34,472 nt of DNA from a virus (lineage: Duplodnaviria; Heunggongvirae; Uroviricota; Caudoviricetes). The notes under the pieces were generated by a model that searched no databases, was not told the DNA's origin, and worked only from the letters and a program-made list of their open reading frames with translations. Position 1 is the stretch's first letter; each line of letters starts with the position of its first letter. The translations under genes and the position numbers were made by a program. Location: positions 1-34,472 of the IMG/VR virus record IMGVR_UViG_2878528002_000001, one strand, 5' to 3'. This document shows positions 30,030 to 34,472 of this stretch, one piece after another.

Positions 30030-31330
30030 GTGAATTACTCATGTCTAAAGACACGAGCTTCCTGCTTCTACGTCCTCGTAACCTACTAACTCCACAGGCG
30101 TAAATTTCGGTAATTCCTACCGTATTTTATTTCTATCATGATACTTCTAACATTCTCATTCCTTCGTTAAGAATATTAATTGCAGCATTAATATCACGAT
30201 CATGAACAGTTCCACATTGAGGGCATATCCATTCTCTTACTGATAAGTCTTTTGTATCTTTATTAACAAAGCCACATACATTACAGGTCTGACTTGACGG
30301 TACATATCTACCAATTTTGATATATGTACGTCCATTCCATTCTGCCTTATATGTAATCTGTCTAGTTAATTCATACCATCCACAATCTGAAATAGCTTTT
30401 GCAAGATTATGATTCTTAACCATATTTGATACTGCCAAATCTTCACTAATTACCACTTGGTTTTCGCTGATAAGTTTATGTGATATTTTATGCAAATTGT
30501 CAATTCTGGTGTTATGAATTTTCTCATGAATTCGAGCTATTTTAATTCGTTGCTTATTCCAGTTTTTACTACCTTTTGCTTTATGAAACAGTTTTCTTTG
30601 TTCTTTTGCAAGTTTGTATTCGTATTTCTTAGTAGCACGAATATTGTCAAATTTTTCTCCATCAGAAGTGATAAGTAAATCCTTAATACCTAAGTCAATA
30701 CCAACTGAATTATTATTTTCTTTCATTGGAATATGTTCTGTTTCTACAAGAATTGAAACAAAATATTTTCCAGATGAAATCTGAGATATTGTTGCAGATT
30801 TTATCTTGCCTGTAAATTCTCTATGGATTTTTGCTTTAACCCATTTAAGTTTTGGAAGTTTGATCTTATTGCTTTCAAAAGAAACTTCTATATTCCCATT
30901 TGTAAAATTAGTAGAATATAATTTTTTCTTATTACGTTTACTCTTGAATTTTGGATATCCTGTATGCTCTTTAAAGAACCTCTGGTATGCGGAATCCATA
31001 TTATAAATTGCATTTGTAAGGGCAAACTTGTCAACTTCTTTCAGCCATTCATATTCCTTTTTTAGAACTTGATTAACATAATTGTTACAATCTATTTTGC
31101 TCATAGATTCTTTTTTAGTTTCATATAATTCTTTTCTATACGCTAACATTTGATTATAAACAAATCTACAACATCCAAAAGTTTTCTGAATTTGTTCTTC
31201 TTGTTGCTTATTTGGATAAATCCTATATTTATAAGCCTTTAACATTTACTCATCACCTCCTCACTTATATATTCTCTTTTAATTTGCTAACTCACGACTA
31301 AAGTCACGAGAATGCACAAATTAATGTTTT
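30030..31330 (-). mobile_element. Non-autonomous IS200/IS605-family (IS1341-type, tnpB only) element nested in the intron
   Basis: Related subterminal hairpins CTCGTGACTTTAGTCGTGAG (31310..31291) and CTCGTGTCTTTAGACATGAG (30057..30038). Right end reads ...TAATTCAC. No tnpA. Left end approximate. Confidence 0.85.
30136..31245 (-). CDS. tnpB: RNA-guided endonuclease TnpB
   Basis: 369 aa. KAYKYRIYPN HTH start, RuvC residues GIDLG / SEDL / DRDINAA intact, CNVC..CPQC Zn finger, GGAGG RBS. Confidence 0.96.
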   Translation of the reverse strand: MLKAYKYRIYPNKQQEEQIQKTFGCCRFVYNQMLAYRKELYETKKESMSKIDCNNYVNQVLKKEYEWLKEVDKFALTNAIYNMDSAYQRFFKEHTGYPKFKSKRNKKKLYSTNFTNGNIEVSFESNKIKLPKLKWVKAKIHREFTGKIKSATISQISSGKYFVSILVETEHIPMKENNNSVGIDLGIKDLLITSDGEKFDNIRATKKYEYKLAKEQRKLFHKAKGSKNWNKQRIKIARIHEKIHNTRIDNLHKISHKLISENQVVISEDLAVSNMVKNHNLAKAISDCGWYELTRQITYKAEWNGRTYIKIGRYVPSSQTCNVCGFVNKDTKDLSVREWICPQCGTVHDRDINAAINILNEGMRMLEVS

Positions 31331-31546
31331 TCAAAACGACTATTCTGATGGTATAATTTGCCATGTAGATAGTGAGCGAACGCACCACTCACTTGTGCGT
31401 ATCTACACAGCAACCTATTAACCACACCAAACAAATAAAGGATAGGTGTATTACCATCAGAAGTCTATATGATTCTGGGCGTTCTGCCCTTTATATTTCC
31501 ACTTTTGACCAGAGTGGTGGCTTAACCGCTAGGAAGGAGGTGGAAC

Positions 31547-31738
31547 ATGAAAAAAGCAGAACAGCAATTTGAGCTTGCAAAGTTAGCAATTAATCGAATT
31601 ACAATCGTAGTTGGAGTACTCGCTGTTGTTTGGATGATTTTTGCGCATAATCCGGCAACATTTAAAGCGGCTTTCAATACGAATGAATTCACAGCTGAGA
31701 TTTCTTGTGAGTTTGCAAGCGATTCACCGGAGGAGTAG
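31547..31738 (+). CDS. Small single-TM protein with a long structured leader (intron cargo, antisense)
   Basis: 63 aa, strong AGGAAGGAGGT RBS, TM ITIVVGVLAVVWMIFA. Extended -10 TGGTATAAT at 31349..31357 and terminator at 31800..31831. Confidence 0.7.
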   Translation: MKKAEQQFELAKLAINRITIVVGVLAVVWMIFAHNPATFKAAFNTNEFTAEISCEFASDSPEE

Positions 31739-31799
31739 AATTACAAATCCGGTAGCATGGGGTGAAACCCATGTGATGTTTTTGTTTCACTTCTTTATA

Positions 31800-31831
31800 G
31801 ATGCCGTGGCTCATTTGTCACGGTGTCTTTT
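31800..31831 (+). terminator. Rho-independent terminator just before the intron core
   Basis: GATGCCGTGGC-loop-GTCACGGTGTC-TTTT. Confidence 0.65.
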
Positions 31832-32401
31832 CAATTGCAACCATTTTATTCTGCTCATATTTTAGTTCTCCGCAGTGGAGATATCCGAAGTTGCGTCGGA
31901 TTGGTATTCACTCTATATTCGCACATCGCAACCATACCAATTTGCAATGCTCCAAAAAATGCTGACAGAAGGGTAGTATATAGAAACTATCCCTGAATGA
32001 TTCGGGCATCTGTCTTCCCTATCGCTAGAGTGCATCTTCGTGATTCCTGATGAAACCACGCTTTCGTTACGCTCGTTGAGGTCGGTATCCTTTCTTATTA
32101 GAACGAAACCCTACCTGCGGATTACCTCGTGTTTTGAATTATTCCCTTACCTCATGCTTTCACATTCGCCACCTATTCCTATTAAGAATAGGTTTGAGAT
32201 CAAAACCATGTGACGCAGACTTTTGAACTGCGAAGGTTCCCCGTCCTACTGTTCATAGTAGGAGAGTAATGCATTACCATTGCTCCATATTAGAAAGTCA
32301 CTATAGAAGTCCTTGTCTTTTGACTCGTACACGTTACCGTTAAACTTCTAAGCGGCATAAGTCATTTGAAAAATGCATGGGGCGAATTCCCATGTACTCT
32401 T

Positions 32402-34472
32402 ACCGCTGCCTGTTTTGCCCTGGAAGATTCCAAGACCGATCGCTGCTGTATTTAACATACCAATCGAACTTGTCAAATTTGTAAACAAATTTAATAAGTT
32501 TGTGCCACCATCTACTAATCCTTTAAACATATCAGAAGAAAACGTAGTCGTAGCCATTTTCTGAAATGCAGATTCAAACTGTTGTTGTTTAGCTTCAATA
32601 GATTCTAGCCATCTATCCTGTTCCTGTTGCGCAGAACCATCAGAATTTAATGTGTCTTGATATGCTTTTTGAACTTGTCCAGATTGGAATCCTTGAATTA
32701 ATGCAGCAATTTGGTTGCCTCTATTCTTACCTGCTAATTTTTCGAGTAATTCCGCTCTATTTTTATCAGTCAAATCATCATAGATTTCACTGATTTCTTC
32801 CATAAGAGTATATGTATCTTTATATGTCTGCTTTGTATCATCAGTAAACAGACTAATGCCGCCAGGTGTTTTTGCCGTTTTTGTTAAGTCAGCAATTGCA
32901 CCTGAAAGTTCTTCTGTGTCATTGGTGTATGAATCGGTTTCTTCGTCATAACCTCTTACCCTCATGGCGAGGATCTTTAGTGCATTTCCAGCTTCTGGTG
33001 CACTCTGCGTGATTTCTGACATTCCTGTAAGCATAGCTAGAGAATGACCAAGGTCGTTTCCTGCGGTTGCTAAAGAAGATGCCGAATTGGATAGTCCCTC
33101 ACCTAAATCTGCACTTGAAGTTGCGAAATTATTACCCAGAATATTTAATTGATCAATTATAGATTCTGCATCTGATGCTTGAATATTAAACGCCTTCATA
33201 GCAGTAACCATATCGGAAACTGCCGTGTTGTCACTAACTTCACCAACATTTGCATACATTGAACTTAATTTGGAAAGTTGCTCAGAATCATCTAATGAGT
33301 ATCCAAGTTTTGACCATTCAGATGTTTGGGAAATATAAGAAGATATGCTTCTTCCTAATTCAGGCGCATTTTTAGAAGCAGTATCAAGATATTTAGAATA
33401 ACGAGACTGTGATTCATCTGTTACTTTATACAGGTTCGTCATTGCTGAATCAACGTCTTTGACCGAACTAATCACTTTAGACGGAACTTCCATTATTACA
33501 TTTTGAATCGCACCATAAATTCCTGCGAACTGTCCGATTTGCTTAAAAGCTCGCTTGAATTCATCTATTCCAGATTTTCCAGTTAATCCTTCTGCGGAAA
33601 TCCTCGACTGAATATTCTTAAACGCAGTATCAAGATTTGCCTTTTCTTCCACAGTGGAAACTTGTTGGTACTGTTTTTCAAGTTCTTTTAATGTCGCCCC
33701 ATATTTTTTTACAGCTTTACTGTTTTCTTCGTAATATGTAGCAACTTTATTTGCCGACTGAATAGCAACACCTGGAGCAAGTGTCTTTGACTGCGTATCA
33801 CGAATTTCAGAAAGAGTATTTTTAAACGTGTCGCCAGCTTTAGTCATTTTTTCAAAACTTTCTGCAAGCTGAGTTCCGTTTAAGGAAGCGTTTCCACTAA
33901 AATGATTCTGTAATTTGGACAATTCTTCGTTGTATGTCTGAAGCGCGGCTTTTGCTTTTGTTATATTCTCAGAATCCTGCCCATTATAAGCTGATAACTG
34001 TTTTGCCATCCTTGAAGATCTGGCATCATAAGTTCCAGTTTCAATATTATATTTAATCTGATTTCTATTAGATTTTGTGGCAGAATTTTGTGCTTTATCA
34101 GTAACTGAAGCTCTAGCCTTATCGACCACAGAAGCGGTTTGCATTCTTCTTTGGTTAAGTATTCTGGATTGTTCTTTTGGAGTATACACATCTGTATACT
34201 GTTTCATTTCACTCTTTAGACGTTTACTTTCCGCCTGTAATTGCTGTCTCTCTCTCTTTAGAGAATCAACAGTAGCAGAATTTCCGGATGCTTGATTTTT
34301 TATAATATCTGCTTTATTTTTATTAAGCTGATCAACATTTTTTAATTGTTGTTTGAGTAAATCATTTGCATTTTTCTTGCGTTGAGTAATTAGAGCCTTT
34401 TCTTGCCTTTCCTGTTCATCATATAGTTTTTTAGCATCACTCATCGCATCCTTGTTTCTGATACTTTTTTTG
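32402..34472 (-). CDS. Tape measure protein, exon 1 (TP901-type core; 5' end outside the window)
   Basis: VKDVDSAMTNLYKVTD, WSKLGYS, LGNNFATSSADLGEGL and LAGKNRGNQIAAL are TMP core motifs. The frame is open to the window edge. The unspliced ORF would stop 17 codons into the intron (32348). Confidence 0.92.

Larger units (their letters stand above)
26641..32401 (-). ncRNA. Giant group I intron (~5761 nt) interrupting the tape measure gene
   Basis: P1 pairs exon AGCGGU (32407..32402) with IGS GCCGCU (32356..32351), ending in a U-G wobble. Also visible: P2, P3 (CUUUC/GAAAG), P-like CGGGGAACC, Q GGUAAUCCGCAGG (32126..32114), R CUCAACGAGCGUA (32080..32068), P8 hairpin, and S AAGAUGCACUCU (32038..32027). 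Terminal G 26641 restores the frame. Confidence 0.88.
2635..34472 (-). mobile_element. Large siphovirus-type prophage (tail and lysis modules; continues beyond the right edge)
   Basis: Abrupt change to AT-rich DNA after ppdK. Contiguous minus-strand order of tape measure, Dit, Tal, fibres, endolysin and holin. The left boundary is approximate. Confidence 0.93.

Noticed and set aside
31372-31865. ORFs 31372..31572 and 31641..31865
   Set aside because: No RBS, and they overlap the leader and terminator of the well-supported 31547..31738 gene.
26641-32401. Interpretation as an IStron or a group II intron
   Set aside because: The IS ends do not coincide with the splice sites. There is no GUGCG 5' end, recognisable domain V or reverse transcriptase, whereas group I P1/Q/R/S elements are present.
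18838-34444. Two independent tape measure genes, or a TMP pseudogene broken by insertion
   Set aside because: Met 26412 lacks an RBS, the frame is open to 26640, both parts are intact, and the predicted splice joins them in frame.

Overview
The window starts with a host housekeeping gene, pyruvate phosphate dikinase (ppdK, 1..2634, +, Clostridiales/Lachnospiraceae-like). Right after it comes the lysis and tail end of a large siphovirus prophage on the minus strand, which runs off the right edge. Its order in the direction of transcription is tape measure, Dit, Tal/hub, tail proteins, a collagen-repeat fibre, small fibre-associated genes, a GH25/CHAP endolysin, a membrane protein and a holin. 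The main discovery is that the two apparent tape-measure ORFs (32348..34444 and 18838..26412) look like two exons of one gene split by a ~5.76-kb group I intron (32401..26641, minus). P1 with its U-G splice-site wobble, P2, P3, P5-P8 and the Q/R/S core motifs can be read directly at 32022..32407. The downstream frame reopens exactly after a terminal G at 26641, giving an in-frame GSG|VYN junction. No homing endonuclease is recognisable. Instead the P9 region carries about 5.2 kb of accessory cargo: a Zn-ribbon protein, a DUF2513-like protein, a PemK/MazF-like toxin followed by a promoter-driven ncRNA, a TnpB-only IS200/IS605 element, and small membrane proteins. Secondary observations are an inverted-repeat-flanked, frameshifted fibre C-terminal cassette (shufflon-like), a possible internal start in the endolysin, and a probable recombinase C-terminal remnant at the ppdK junction. 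All family assignments come from motif recognition by eye; no database searches were run.
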